Shown here one piece after another: positions 26,791 to 39,447 of a stretch of 64,000 nt of DNA. Location: the NCBI GenBank assembly GCA_964016885.1, contig OZ024742.1:80352001-80416000 (forward strand), in the 5' to 3' direction. A program made the translations under genes and the position numbers. Within the stretch, counting starts at the first letter, position 1, and every line of letters begins with the position of its first letter. Under the pieces are notes generated by a model that searched no databases, was not told the DNA's origin, and saw nothing but the letters and a program-made list of their open reading frames with translations. The stretch is from Eledone cirrhosa (taxonomy: Eukaryota).

Positions 26791-26916
26791 TTAATTTGTT
26801 AGAAGTGACCACAGTTTCGAAAGTTATAGCGGGTGTGTTACAGTGTTGTGAGCCTTCATTTAAAAGCAACAGAAGGCCGCAGGGAAAACATTCTTTTAAA
26901 TTTTAATTCTGCGAAA

Positions 26917-26988
26917 ACACTAGATATTTCAATGGCCTAATTTCATCACCCGATCGTGATGAAAGACTTACGCGATTTCATCAGTTGT
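26917..26988 (-). ncRNA. Degenerate hammerhead-like motif with long stem II
   Basis: CTGATGA aatcgcgtaa..TTTCATCAC-gatcgg-GTGATGAAA ttaggccatt GAAA tatc TA; stems I and III imperfect. Confidence 0.45.
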
Positions 26989-27179
26989 TGATTGCTATTC
27001 ATATTTTGCCAACACTGATATTCTTTGCGGCTTTGATTACTAAATCATCTTTATTTTCCTTTGTATCTGAATGTAACCTCTTTTTCCTTTAGTAAACTGC
27101 ATACGTTTTTATCATCTAGTCATCTGTCGTTTTGATCTACTGATTGAGTTCAATATTCGATATCCTGTATGAAAGCTGA

Positions 27180-27730
27180 TGTGTTCTATTATTGGTCAAA
27201 AGTTCCTGATTTTGGTATCTATTTTCTTAATTGCGTTAATGTTCCAATTTATAATTTTGAAACTGTAGGTGACAACTAGGATTATATGCGCATTTATTGA
27301 AGATAATTCATTTCTCGTGTTCATCTGGAGTTTTCATGGCAGCATGTACACTCCGCCACGTACTCAGCTTCATGTCATCCATATAAAAGAGGCAATTTAT
27401 GGTCTTGCTATCTATTTTATATACATTTTGCTTTGCTGAGAGTTAAAGACAGCGGCGTGAGTGCAATGCAAATAATGAGAGGAGAAAATGTATAACCTTT
27501 AAAATACCACATTTAATACTTTTGCTCCTGGAATTTATAGTTTCGTTATTGTGTATCAATGATAGCCTTTCATTCCATATAGATATATTTAATAGTTTTG
27601 TATTCCATACAGACATATTTTTGTTATTATTGTAGTTGTACTTGTTTTCTTCTGTGCTTGTCCTTGTTCAATTCTCTAGACAGTCGATTGATTTATTTCT
27701 GCAGATAATATTTCTTCATCCACCATGCTT
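27180..27730 (-). mobile_element. Highly degraded R4-like RT remnant
   Basis: INCLFYMDDMKL near 27365-27400 and FSP....IALTPLS near 27450-27490 on minus strand. Confidence 0.55.
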
Positions 27731-28101
27731 CGTTTCAAAATAATGAGATGTTTGCAAAATAAATACAGACTTAGCTCATACGTTCTACAAATAGACGAAA
27801 ACCATCCGGCTCACTAGCAACACATTTGGTTTAGCTAAATATTATGAAATATCCCATGAACACATTAGATTTTGTATATATCATCTGCTCCACAACGGCA
27901 AAAATGACGTGGCTGGGAACCACTATCGCAGTAATGACGACTTCATATCTGCTGTTGATGACTGCTTTGATCAACAGCATGAAAGCTTCTTCACCAAGCG
28001 CTAAAACACAAATGAAAGAAAAATGTGGACCACAAGGGGGATTATTGTAAAAAAAAATAAACCTTACGTGGTCATATTCCAAAACTGTTCAACCAACATT
28101 C

Positions 28102-28254
<153 letters not shown>

Positions 28255-28529
28255 ATTGAGTAAAATATATAAAATTTGGGTTCGTTAATTATACATTATA
28301 TATATACTGCTATATATATTTCGGTGAGAGCCATCATTGGCTGTGACCTTTTCAGGCAATCCGAATTGTTGTGGGAAAGACAGGCACACATGTTGTTCAA
28401 ATGTGTTTTACTCCGTCAATATATCGATATGTCCAGCTCCTGGTTGTGTTGTTATTCCTCTGAGGAACTGGAATCATATATTTTATATATATATATATAT
28501 ATTCTAAGGTGTGTAAAATTCCCGAGATC

Positions 28530-29400
28530 CATATACAAGTTCTCTCTAACGGTTTCTGTCTTTCATCATCGCCGGCATGTCCTGCGTCTCCCAGAGACTG
28601 GTGTCTGTCCTTAGGCCATCGGTATATGCCATCCACCGTCTCCCACTTCTAGTGTATCAGTTTAGGGGCTCTCTCAGGACCATTGAGTGCTGTGTCAACT
28701 TTGAATATCGGTGAGCATGTCCAGCTAACAACATTCTCTTCTGTCTTAATATCGAGATGACTTTTGGGAGGTTCCCGTGCAGCCCTGAGATATTCCTCAG
28801 TGTGTACTGATTAATTTTCAGAGCCATCCTCAGTATTCTCAGTAGCACCCATCCTACATTTCAGTGATTCTCTTTGTCAGTGACCAAATCTCAGAACCGT
28901 ACAACACCACAGACACCACTGTAGCAACGAAGATACGGATATTCAGGTCTTTACGAAGGTCCGACTTCCAAACCGATCTCAAACTATGGCATGCCGCCCA
29001 GGTGCTGCTCTTCCAGTCAATCACATCATCCTATGTGTTCCCAATCTGTGCTCCCAGATACAGGAAGTCCTCAATCAAATCTAGCGTTTTCCCACCTACA
29101 TTCGTGATCTACTCTGGCTTCTTAATATTCTCTACCAGATACTTCATCTTAATCTCATTCATTCTAAGCCCCGCACTCAATGACACAGTCTACGCCTCCT
29201 GCAGCAACCCTTCTTCCCCCTTCACTGTGTTTGTCACCATAACTATGTCGTCAGCAAATTCAGCATCTGATATCTTTTTAGCCTTATCTCCCCGGCTCGG
29301 AGCCAGTGCTAGAGTAAAGCCAGATTCCTTATGTTTCTCCAGTGCAAGGCGCATACAATAGTTCGCTGCGATGATAAACAGGTAGGGAGCCAATATATCT
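28530..29400 (-). mobile_element. RTE-type LINE 3' fragment
   Basis: APYLFII..DAEFADDIV (29190-29393), LYGSEIWSL, LAGHAHR. Confidence 0.75.
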
Positions 29401-31021
29401 CCATGTGTGTGCTTGTGTATGTGAGTCTCTGTGTGTGTATGTGTGTCGGTACAAGAGTGATACGCTTACATGTAATACGTTAGAAATAAGTAACGACAGT
29501 AATGTCGTAATATATCTTAATACTGCGTTAATTGAAATATATGTTAGTGCCGTGTTCTCAAATTCAGTCCATTCTTGTTTTAGCCTACATTGGTAAAGAT
29601 AAAAGGTATATATATCCACAATATAGATAAATATTATGTTGGTATATTGTGTTCAACGATCATAGTGTTGCTAAGGCAAATGTTTATGTCACAAACCTGT
29701 GAAAGTATATTCTCTTCCTTGTTTAAAATGTCTATTTGTTAAAGGATTAATTGAACCTACTAGCATTATTTATATTTTCCAGCAACTTTACGTTTCTTCA
29801 AATATTGAATGTCATATTTCATTTTTCATGTTAATGTTTCTTTTGAAGTAATTTATTTATAACAAATATATCGTACTTTTCCGTTTCTTTTTGATATATT
29901 AGTCTGCAATTTGTTTGTTGAACTTTTGTTTCTTAGTATTTTATTAAACAAGCGAGACAAAAAGCTATTAAATACTATACTATTCTATATCAAGACGCAA
30001 ACTTTGTAAAATATACATTATTGTCAGTGTTATATATTTTACATAAACATAAACAATTACATATCCATGTATCTCCCAATTGTGACACAGCTGGTGTAAC
30101 TACTGTCTGTGAATGTCAAGCTAATTTACTTTTACTATAGATAATATACATTTGTAAGCTGGAAGTTGTTAGAAATAAAATCTCAATTCCTCGTTCACGT
30201 CCGATGCCATTTAGGTGAATGTAAGAGCTATTTATTCAATCTCCCTGAAAGTATTCATGGACACATTTAGGTATGAGACTGGTTTGGTTTTGCTAAATGA
30301 TGATAGAATAAATGGTATATTTGCAATGCAGAAAAGTTTTCTTAAAATCAGAGATGAATGATGTACATTAGTGTTAAGGCAAATATATATTTATGATGAC
30401 ATTGACAAGATGGAAAACTGTTGTTACTTAAAGTTTCACCGTACCAAAAATTAATGAGCAACATACGAAGGTGTTTTTCCAGAAAGTACTCAATCATAGG
30501 TGAGCTAGATTAGGACTAATATTTTGCTTAATAGTAAGAATAATAAACAAATGGTAATCAATTATGCCTGGAAAGAGTATAAATATTATTTGTTTTAAAC
30601 AACTATACAGACAGAAATCATGGTTTTCCGTGAAAGGTAAATTGGTTTGAAATGATCTAGTAGTGACAATCAATCGCGTACACACACACACAGACACACG
30701 TGCGCATATATATATTGTATGTATATATCTAGGATTGAGTTAGTGCTCTTTTCACATAATGTTTACGAAATTCATTACACGATATAAAAGTATGTATATA
30801 TATATATAAGCCTCCAGTTGATGGACGCTAATCCGAAATATAAGGACAATTAAATCTCTCCCATGGTAACTCTATCTCGTGTTATTTTATTTTATTTTTA
30901 CGCTCTTTCCTACGTTCCTCTACACACTATACATCTCATTCTACACTCCCTTACATCTCTCTCTTCACTACCGGATTCTGATACCCGGAGATTTACACAT
31001 CTACATTGTTAAGTATTCCAA

Positions 31022-31061
<40 letters not shown>

Positions 31062-31510
31062 ATAGATAGATATATATAGTTAAAGAGTGAATAATAACAT
31101 TGTCAACAGTACAAGAAGGGTTTTATTTACAGTATTAACTATTGTTTCATTGATTAAGGTGTCTTAAAATTGCTAATCACTTGCAGTTGTGTCACCGGTG
31201 TTGGTGATTAAAATATAAAGATATTATGGAATAAACATGAAAGTATTATGATTTGGTTAAGCATACATCGTATTTAAAATTGAGTGACACATTTGTTAAT
31301 ACTGTACATAAAACCTTTCTTATACTGTTGACCAAGTTATTATTCTCTCTTTCACTATTATTACTTCAAGATTAACTTACAAAGGAATTCTCGAGAACTC
31401 ATATCGTCAAACAAAGCCGTACGCTAAATCTATCCACAATATGGAGTATTCACAGCCTCGAGCTGGATTGCCTATAACGATAACTTGTTATCCCTTATAT
31501 ATATATATAT

Positions 31511-32113
31511 ATAATAAAGTATGTCTCCCTACATGCAAAATGCATATAGGGACACATGTATTATCCAACGGTATGCCAATGTGGTTCAACCGTACGGTAA
31601 GGGTAATTACAGCAGATATTGTGAACTTTTTAAAATTTATTTTAAAACTTTTTCTTATTTGCTAAACCTTGATTATATATGTTCTGGCTCGTTAATTTAT
31701 TAAGCTGCCATAGAACCACATTGGATAATACATGTGTCCCTATATGCATTTTGCATGTATGGAGACATACATTATTATTATTAATCTCCCCTGGTCGAGA
31801 TAACATTTTGATCGTTTTAAATGCTGCAATTTCTAGGGACAGTAGATTGACATTTCCGCCCCTGCCTTCTATCTTTACACACGGCACTAGACAAAATTGT
31901 TTCTTCATCATACACTCTCATCTCGGGAACAGTTCTATATGGCGCCAGTTCGTGATTTGAACTAGGGAATTTTACATTCTCCGAGCGAGAAGAACGTTCT
32001 GACGAAAGTCTTTTTCTCAATAGATTTTCGCATGGATTGTCCATTTATTTTGAGACTTGAAACCGTACCTTTTAAAATTTATTTAAAAACCTTTTCTTAT
32101 TTGCTAAACCTTG

Positions 32114-32120
<7 letters not shown>
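31511..32120 (+). mobile_element. Rearranged non-coding repeat with inverted and direct duplications and a split hammerhead-like motif
   Basis: 31511-31590 inverted at ~31710-31780; ~31627-31680 repeated at ~32070-32120; CTGACGA-AAGTCT...AGACTT-GAAACCGTAC at 31999-32068 and AACCGTACGGTA at ~31588. Confidence 0.5.
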
Positions 32121-32190
<70 letters not shown>

Positions 32191-32332
32191 ATATATATAT
32201 ACAGACATACATAAATATGTGTGTATATGTATATATATACACATATACACATGTATATATATATACACATGTGATATGTATATATATATATACATATAAA
32301 AATATATATTTACATATATATATATATGTAAA

Positions 32333-32364
<32 letters not shown>

Positions 32365-32376
32365 GGAACCAGTAAG

Positions 32377-32470
32377 ACCCCGACAGCTGAGCTCAAGCCG
32401 TTTCGACGGCTAATTCTGGACTAAATGAAAATTTATCCTGGTATTTAAATAGCCGATCTTCTCAAGGGGT
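32377..32470 (-). ncRNA. Type I hammerhead ribozyme, U3-A8 core variant
   Basis: Reverse complement of the 33290-33383 motif. Confidence 0.75.
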
Positions 32471-33289
32471 AATTCCATATATGGTCAAAGTGATTGTCAA
32501 AAATCAGTAGTAATTCTGTGGTTGCAAATTAGTAAGGGAGATGGTGGCTAAACCTGCCAGTAGGAGAAAGAGGGGAGGGGGTGGAGTAGACCCAATCAAG
32601 CGTTGGTAGTGCCAGCTACAGCTGGGCATGAGGTCAAAGAAGATACTGGGGAGGGGGAGGGGGAGGAAGTCGGAACGGTAGGTAGAACAATGGGGGGTAG
32701 AAATATATATGAAAGAAAAAATACTGAGTGAAGAAAAGCAAATATTGTGCCCGGGATGGAAACCTTTATTGTTTATTTCGTGGTAGTCTCTTTAGTATTT
32801 TGGCCCCTTTTGTTGACCCGTCACCGTATCATTTACGTACTTATACCTCTTAAAAGGGTCCTTGCCTTATCCGTCCCACCTAGTTCTTTTACTTATTTCG
32901 TTATTTCTTTATTTCTTTCTTTACTTATTTCTTTCTTTCTTTATTTATTTATTCTAGCCTAACAATAGCTAGAGGCCTAGGTCGTAGAATTTACTTTACT
33001 TTTTTCTTTACACTTATTTGCTTTTCTTCACTCTCAGTATTTTTTCTTTCATATATATTTCTACCCCCCATTGTTCTACCTACCGTTCCGACTTCCTCCC
33101 CATCCCCCTCCCCAGTATCTTCTTTGACCTCATGCCCAGCTGTAGCTGGCACTACCAACGCTTGATTGGGTCTACTCCACCCCTCCCCTCTTTCTCCTAC
33201 TGGCAGGTTTAGCCACCATCTCCCCTACTAATTTGCAACCACAGAATTACTACTGATTTTTGACAATCACTTTGACCATATATGGAATT

Positions 33290-33383
33290 ACCCCTTGAGA
33301 AGATCGGCTATTTAAATACCAGGATAAATTTTCATTTAGTCCAGAATTAGCCATCGAAACGGCTTGAGCTCAGCTGTCGGGGT
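33290..33383 (+). ncRNA. Type I hammerhead ribozyme, U3-A8 core variant, predicted GUC cleavage after 33378
   Basis: ACCCC TTGAGAA gatcggcta...tagccatc GAAA CGGC ttgagctca GCTG TC GGGGT; all three stems pair. Confidence 0.78.
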
Positions 33384-33474
33384 CTTACTGGTTCCTATTA
33401 CCCACTCTACTACCCCAAGTATTGAGTACTTTGGTGCGTTATGGTCCACCTGGTTCCTTACCACATTTCCTTCG

Positions 33475-33552
<78 letters not shown>

Positions 33553-33615
33553 ATACATATGTATATATATATACATACAAATATATATGTGTATATGTAT
33601 ATATATGTGTGTATA

Positions 33616-33676
<61 letters not shown>

Positions 33677-33714
33677 GAGAGTAAGGTAAAACAGGGGTTG
33701 TAGAGAAAAGGTGT

Positions 33715-33974
33715 AATTGGAAATAGCGCGAAAAATATATTTAAAGATCTCTGTTTATTTTTATCTTCTTTGATACGTCAAAGTGACAATAAAGAAGTTT
33801 TATAATCTCTATAAAATATGTAACATGTAACCGATTTCAATGTATCGGTGTAATCCATCTTATCAAATGTTGCATATTACAATTAAAAAGAATTAAACAT
33901 GATTAACAATTTTAAAAAGTGGTACCGTATATATAGTGAGAAGTAATTATAACAGTAGTAGTAGTAGTAGTAGC

Positions 33975-34023
<49 letters not shown>

Positions 34024-34760
34024 TCGTTTCACAGAACAAAATTATTTTTGGGTTGTGTATAGAGTGTGTTGTATCTCATTTATGTTAAAGGACTGGTCAA
34101 GAGCTCAGATGGGTGTTGCGCAGAGGGGAATTGTAAGCTACAGACAATTGTAAAAAAAATTATTTTAGGAATATACATACATATATATATATATACACAC
34201 ACATGTCTATTTTCGCTCCCTAAAAATATTGTTTCTAGTTTTGGCACATGGCCAACAATTAACCAGTGCATTGCTGGTACTTTATTTTATCGACTCCGTA
34301 AGGTTGAAAGGCAAAGTTAACCTCGGCGGATTTGAATAACAGTATGGCAAGGGCCGTAACTCTATGCGTCAAAGCATGGCGTCCAAATGTTGTTCTATGA
34401 AAAGGACACAACTACCACATCTACTACTACTACTACTATGACTAACTCTCTCTCTCTAAATATACGGTTCCATTTTAGACCCAGTCTTCTCAACTAGAAA
34501 GATGAACAGACTGGTAACAGTTAATTTCAATTTTTTTATTCTTTTTAATTCTTTTTAATTGTAATATTCAACATTTGATAAGATAGATTACACCGATACA
34601 TCGAAACCGGTTGTATTTTATATATTTTATATATATTATAAAACGCCTTTTTCTTTCAAAAAATTATTCCTCTCGTTATTTTCAATAATGTAACTTTGAC
34701 GAATTAAAGAATTAAAAAAGAAAAGCATCCTTAAATATATTTTTCGTGCTCTGTCCAATT
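33715..34760. repeat. Old head-to-head inverted repeat (arms ~33715-34045 and ~34386-34760) with degenerate U3-A8 hammerhead motifs
   Basis: acat TTGATAA gat..catc GAAA ccgg TT at 34571-34612 (+), mirrored at 33823-33870 (-); (TAG)n/(CTA)n also mirrored. Confidence 0.6.
34228..34385 (-). mobile_element. tRNA-derived SINE, truncated
   Basis: SINE body match. Confidence 0.85.
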
Positions 34761-34882
34761 CCTCTCTCTCTCTCTCTCTCTGTATATATATATACATATG
34801 TGTGTGTGTGTGTGTTGATGTGTGTGTGTGAGTATGTGTGCGTGTGCGTGTGTGTGTGTGTATGTGTGTGTGTGTGTGCGTG

Positions 34883-34922
<40 letters not shown>

Positions 34923-35194
34923 TTTGTTTGTGTTTGGTTGCTTGTTTCTGTGGGTATGTGCCTGTCAGCCAAACCGTTGAAAATTACAATAGACCATTTT
35001 TCTGAATTTGACATATCTATTAAAGTACATATATTTTCTTAGATGTTTTCAGCTGTTATTTTGTTATTGCACTTCTATAATGTCCTTGTCTCTTTCTTTA
35101 GTTATAGAAGTGCGTTTATAATATAAATATATATACTTTCTGTGACGCTAGAAAATCTCTTCAGAAAATACTTTAGAATAATTTTAAGGATAAT

Positions 35195-35378
35195 TGTTTC
35201 TACTTTAGGCACAAGGCCAGCAATTACCCAGTGCATTACTGGTACTTTATTTTATCGACCCCGTATGGATGAAAGGCAAAGTCAACCTCGGCGGGATTTG
35301 AACTCAGATCGTAAAGGGACGTAACTATGCTGGAAAGCATGGCGTCCGACCCTCTACCGATACTGCCAATCCACCACC
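35195..35378 (-). mobile_element. tRNA-derived SINE, full length, 21-bp TSD
   Basis: TAGAATAATTTTAAGGATAAT at 35174-35194 and 35380-35400. Confidence 0.9.
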
Positions 35379-35593
35379 ATAGAATAATTTTAAGGATAAT
35401 GTTGAAATTATATATCAAAGGAATAATTTTGGTTTTGCCATTCTCAAGGATATTTATTTCGAATGAATAGACTTAAACGAATAGGGCTCCAGAAAAATAA
35501 AATAAATTAATCACATTGTAATTAATTAGATGTATTTGTGTACGTCTCTCTGTCTCTCTCTCTCTCTCTCTCGCTCTCACTCTCTCTCTCTCT

Positions 35594-35687
<94 letters not shown>

Positions 35688-35709
35688 CTATATATCTATA
35701 TCTATAGGT

Positions 35710-35742
<33 letters not shown>

Positions 35743-35761
35743 GGTGTGTGTGTGTGTTTAT

Positions 35762-35792
<31 letters not shown>

Positions 35793-35796
35793 TAAT

Positions 35797-37743
35797 GCTT
35801 TTATTATTTACTACAAGGGTTTACATAAAGTAGACATTAAGGACAGTGCATGACAATACAGGACGGTAGAAATGGGCATTTCTGCGTGTAAAAAAAACAA
35901 GAAACAGATCATGTAATAATAGAACAATGAAAAAATTTTCCAATAGGAGGGAGACTTCTGAGGGACATTCGTGGAGAAAGCCCATTAAAAAGGCACAGTT
36001 ACCCTGACCACCAGGGCAAGTGCCCTCTCCCAGTTTTCCACCTTTAATTTACAGACACATACTCAGAGTAGGCCCATTAACTCGGGCCATTCTTGCCTCT
36101 CTCACCCATCTTTCAACAAAATGCTGGGAAGAGAGCACTTCCCTTTCTACCCTGATTTTCCTTTTTAAATGAAATTTGAAAAAGTTAATCAGGGCATCAC
36201 CAAAGAGGAAAGTGCTCGTCTTCAGCCCTTTCAAACGCGTCCACCTTATTATCTCTTTCACCATGGCCACCAGACAGATAAAAACTTCCTGCCCTTCCCG
36301 GCTAAATGTAGAGGGCGAGACACTCCTCACGATGTACTCAGCTTATAGCCCGATCCGTCCTACACGCGTTCCACATAAACCCACAAGTCAGCATAGTCGG
36401 ACACTGGACGAGTGTGTGCAGGTCGGTTTCGTCTCCTTGCGCGAATCTCGGACATGCCCGACTGACGGCACTTGCATGCCTCTAGAGTTTATCTCGAACT
36501 GGCGAAGCTCCTCGGTAGCACTGCCAGACCAGGGATTTCTGGAAGTTGTCCATAGGCCTCAGCCCGAGAGTTCTTCCGAAGAGATTGGCTAGTTGATTTT
36601 CGTCGACGCCTAGAGTTTCCGCAAGTACGCCGTCGCTCTTCCCCTCCAGTAATCGTCTATAGAACGCCAATGTGGAGTTTCCATCGATCACATTGCACGA
36701 TTGGTCGAGGGCTGTGAGCGCCTGAAGACATTCCAGTCTCAATGCGCTCCCTCTCGGTCTTTGCTTGACCCAGGACTGCTTCTCCGTCAAGGAGACGACC
36801 TGGAAAGACGCGTCTAGCAAACGGCGACCCCACCTGATCACCGTCGAGGAAGAGGTGGAGATGTCGTAGCCTGAGCGCGTGTCTGCGCATCATCAGCCAC
36901 GGCATGCCCAGCCTTCCACGTAGCGCGTATTGATAGCAGATGGACCGCCAGACCATCGAAGCGCGTTCCTTCCACACAAAGCGAAAGAGCAAACGCCCCA
37001 GCGCAGTCAAACGAGGCTTAGAAGAAGGCACGACGGTCAGGCTGTAGTAGATGACGCGTTAGCCACCCCCGCTCGACTTTTCAGGGATAGCTTCCTCTCC
37101 GCACATTTCGTCCCAGTTTTCGTCCGTCTGGAGGTCCGGACCGAACCAGACCCCTAGCAATTTAACTGGTCCGTCCGTCCAGCGCCCGACGATGTTGTTG
37201 GACGATATGACCCTGCCTCTCCAGGTGCCGAGCTGCAGGCCCACTGACTTTTCCTGGTTGATCATTCCTCCTCTCACCGCTTCGTATTCTCTTAGTGTAG
37301 TGCCGATCGCCTCGATGTGTTTGGTATTCGACACCTCTACGGTGACATCGTCCGCATATGCTGAAATGGATCTTCCGCATCCTAGTTCGCGCGGGACCCC
37401 ATCAATGTCTCCAGTTTGTTCAGTAATGCCTCGAGAGTCAATACGTACAAGAGGGACGAGAGGCGACATCCTTGACGGACCGAGCGCATGATGTTGAACG
37501 GTTCCGAAAGGTGACCGTTCACTCTCACCACAGAGCAGCTGTCGCTGGGCATGGCAGCGATCCAGCCTCTGAAGACGGGCCCAAAGCCAGCCGCCCTCAG
37601 GGCTGCCGCCAGATAACGATGATCGACCCTATCGAAAGCTTTCGATTGATCTAAATTGATCAAGGACCCACCCGTGCCAGTTTCCCTAGCTACCCTCTCC
37701 ACGATGTATCGCATGAGGTGGAGGTTGTCTTGGATGGATCTGT
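35797..37743 (-). mobile_element. Tx1-clade LINE copy C, 5'-truncated within RT
   Basis: LDQSKAFDRVDH, VRQGC, SAYADD, shared 3' UTR ending at (AAT)n. Confidence 0.9.
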
Positions 37744-38445
37744 GAGACTATTGGTAACAAATTAAGGGCAATTGCATGGACTATTATCCTCTGTGAAGCA
37801 GTTCAGTGATGATATTAAAATTGAGTTTGGACTACTTAAATGCACCAATGCCGCGATCACCTAAGGAAAGCTGCTGAGAATTTCAGACATTAATTTTGAT
37901 CGGGGGAATGTGATAAGAGAACTTGATCAAGAAGAAACGTATAAATATGTGTTTGTGAAGCAGACGGAATCAAGCACTCGACCATGAGGTAAAGTATAAG
38001 GAAGGAATGTTACCGCAGAGTAAGAGTTATCTTGAGAACAGAGTTGAATGCAAGGAATAGAATCGATGCGATAAACACATTTGCCATACCAGTAGTAACT
38101 TACAGTTTCATTGTCATCAACTGGTGAAACACAGAGATCCGTAGCCTCGACACGAACATAAGAAAATTCTTACCCATGAATAGTATGCATCACCCTAAGG
38201 CATATACAGATATAATACATGTCTTTCATCTATACGCAGACTTCCTGCGACTTGGGTAAGTAATCATTCGACCCCTTAGGTATCGTTCCTAAATCGCCTA
38301 CAACCACTGGTATTGTTTTAATTCTCAACTTCGACATTTTCCAATCTCTATCTCCAGGTCTTTTTACTTGCTCAATCTTTCAAATGTTTTTATAGATACA
38401 TTCTTGTCTATAGGAACGGACATGTCAAATAGCAGGCATAGATTA
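37744..38445. mobile_element. R4/Dong-clade remnants: RT-thumb region on + (37744-38210) and RLE region on - (~38230-38445)
   Basis: FSDDIKIEFGLLKC, YRRVRVILRTELNARNRIDAINTFAIPVVTYSF, MHHPKA on +; CLLFDMSVP..KDLEIEI..TIPVVVG on -. Confidence 0.75.
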
Positions 38446-38877
38446 TTTTTATAAGATATACTAATTCTATATAGTTATCTCCAAATTATTTGTTGAGCAA
38501 GAATTTGCCGAAATTACTGCTATGGTTCATGGTAGTAGTCAAGCTCCTGTCTTATTAGCACCCCACTCCTCACTGATTAACCTCAGTGTCACGTGATTGA
38601 TTCTTTTGAATTTGCCACTGACCAAGTAGGCAGTGCATTTTTTCAATGTGCTGGAATTTAGTCCCCGCTCGCTTTTTTCCATCCACTGAATTATTTTTGT
38701 ATAAGTTCCCTGTGTCCACGCATTGCCTAGGAACTTAGCTGAGAATAGACTCCCTGATGACGTAAGGATTATCTATGGTTACGTTCGGTAACCATATTTA
38801 TTCTCTTACAGAAACTAATTAGTTGGAGTGACATTTTAGTAAGTAAGTTGATTTTCATAATTTTCTTATTTTACGTC

Positions 38878-38880
<3 letters not shown>
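38445..38880 (+). mobile_element. Diverged partial copy of the 533-nt hammerhead-bearing repeat
   Basis: Colinear with ~49820-50250; ends TTACGTCTTT at (TA)n. Confidence 0.8.
38749..38829 (+). ncRNA. Type I hammerhead ribozyme, predicted GUU cleavage after 38824
   Basis: ACTCC CTGATGA c-GTAAGG..TATGGTTAC gttcg GTAACCATA..TCTTAC-a GAAA CTAATTAG TT GGAGT. Confidence 0.8.
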
Positions 38881-38960
<80 letters not shown>

Positions 38961-38963
<3 letters not shown>

Positions 38964-39110
38964 CGAAGGAAGTGTGGTAAGGAACCAGATGGACCATAAC
39001 GCACTAGAGTACTCAATAATTTGGGTAGTAGAGTGAGTAATAGGAACAAGTTCAGGACCTCGACGGCAGAGCTCAGCCCGTTTCGACGGCTATTTCTGTA
39101 CGAGTCCAGA
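38961..39110 (-). mobile_element. 5'-truncated copy of the 32363-33477 family (3' half of hammerhead only)
   Basis: tagccgtc GAAAC gggctgagctctgcc GTC gaggt ... ttccttcgtta then (TA)n. Confidence 0.75.
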
Positions 39111-39314
39111 AATATATATATATGCACACATATATGAAAATAATATAGAAATATCCGAGGTGCTTCTCTGAAATTCTCAGCACATGCAAAAAGACAGACT
39201 GCTTAGACGGATTCGCTGTGTGTCGGCATTATGACTCCCCTACAGAACAATATACGTCGAGATACCATATAGTCTATTGAATATACACATTTCTGTCACA
39301 CTATTGTCACCATA

Positions 39315-39447
39315 GATTTACGCCCCTTTACGGTCTGAGTTCAAATCCCGTCGAGGTTAACTTTGCCTTTCACCCTTATGAGGTCGATAAAATAAGGTAC
39401 CAGTAATGTACTGCGTAATTGTTGGCCTTGTGCTAAAAGTAGAAACA
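39315..39447 (+). mobile_element. tRNA-derived SINE, truncated
   Basis: B box and 3' body ending AGAAACAATTATT. Confidence 0.85.

Larger units (their letters stand above)
32363..33477. mobile_element. Head-to-head non-coding repeat (~380-bp near-identical inverted arms) in (TA)n, PLE-like, carrying hammerheads
   Basis: 32363-32742 is the reverse complement of ~33017-33398; related copy at 38961-39110. Confidence 0.8.

Noticed and set aside
31077-31358. Diverged inverted repeat of ~70-bp arms
   Set aside because: Real but too eroded to distinguish a MITE from a PLE-type inversion
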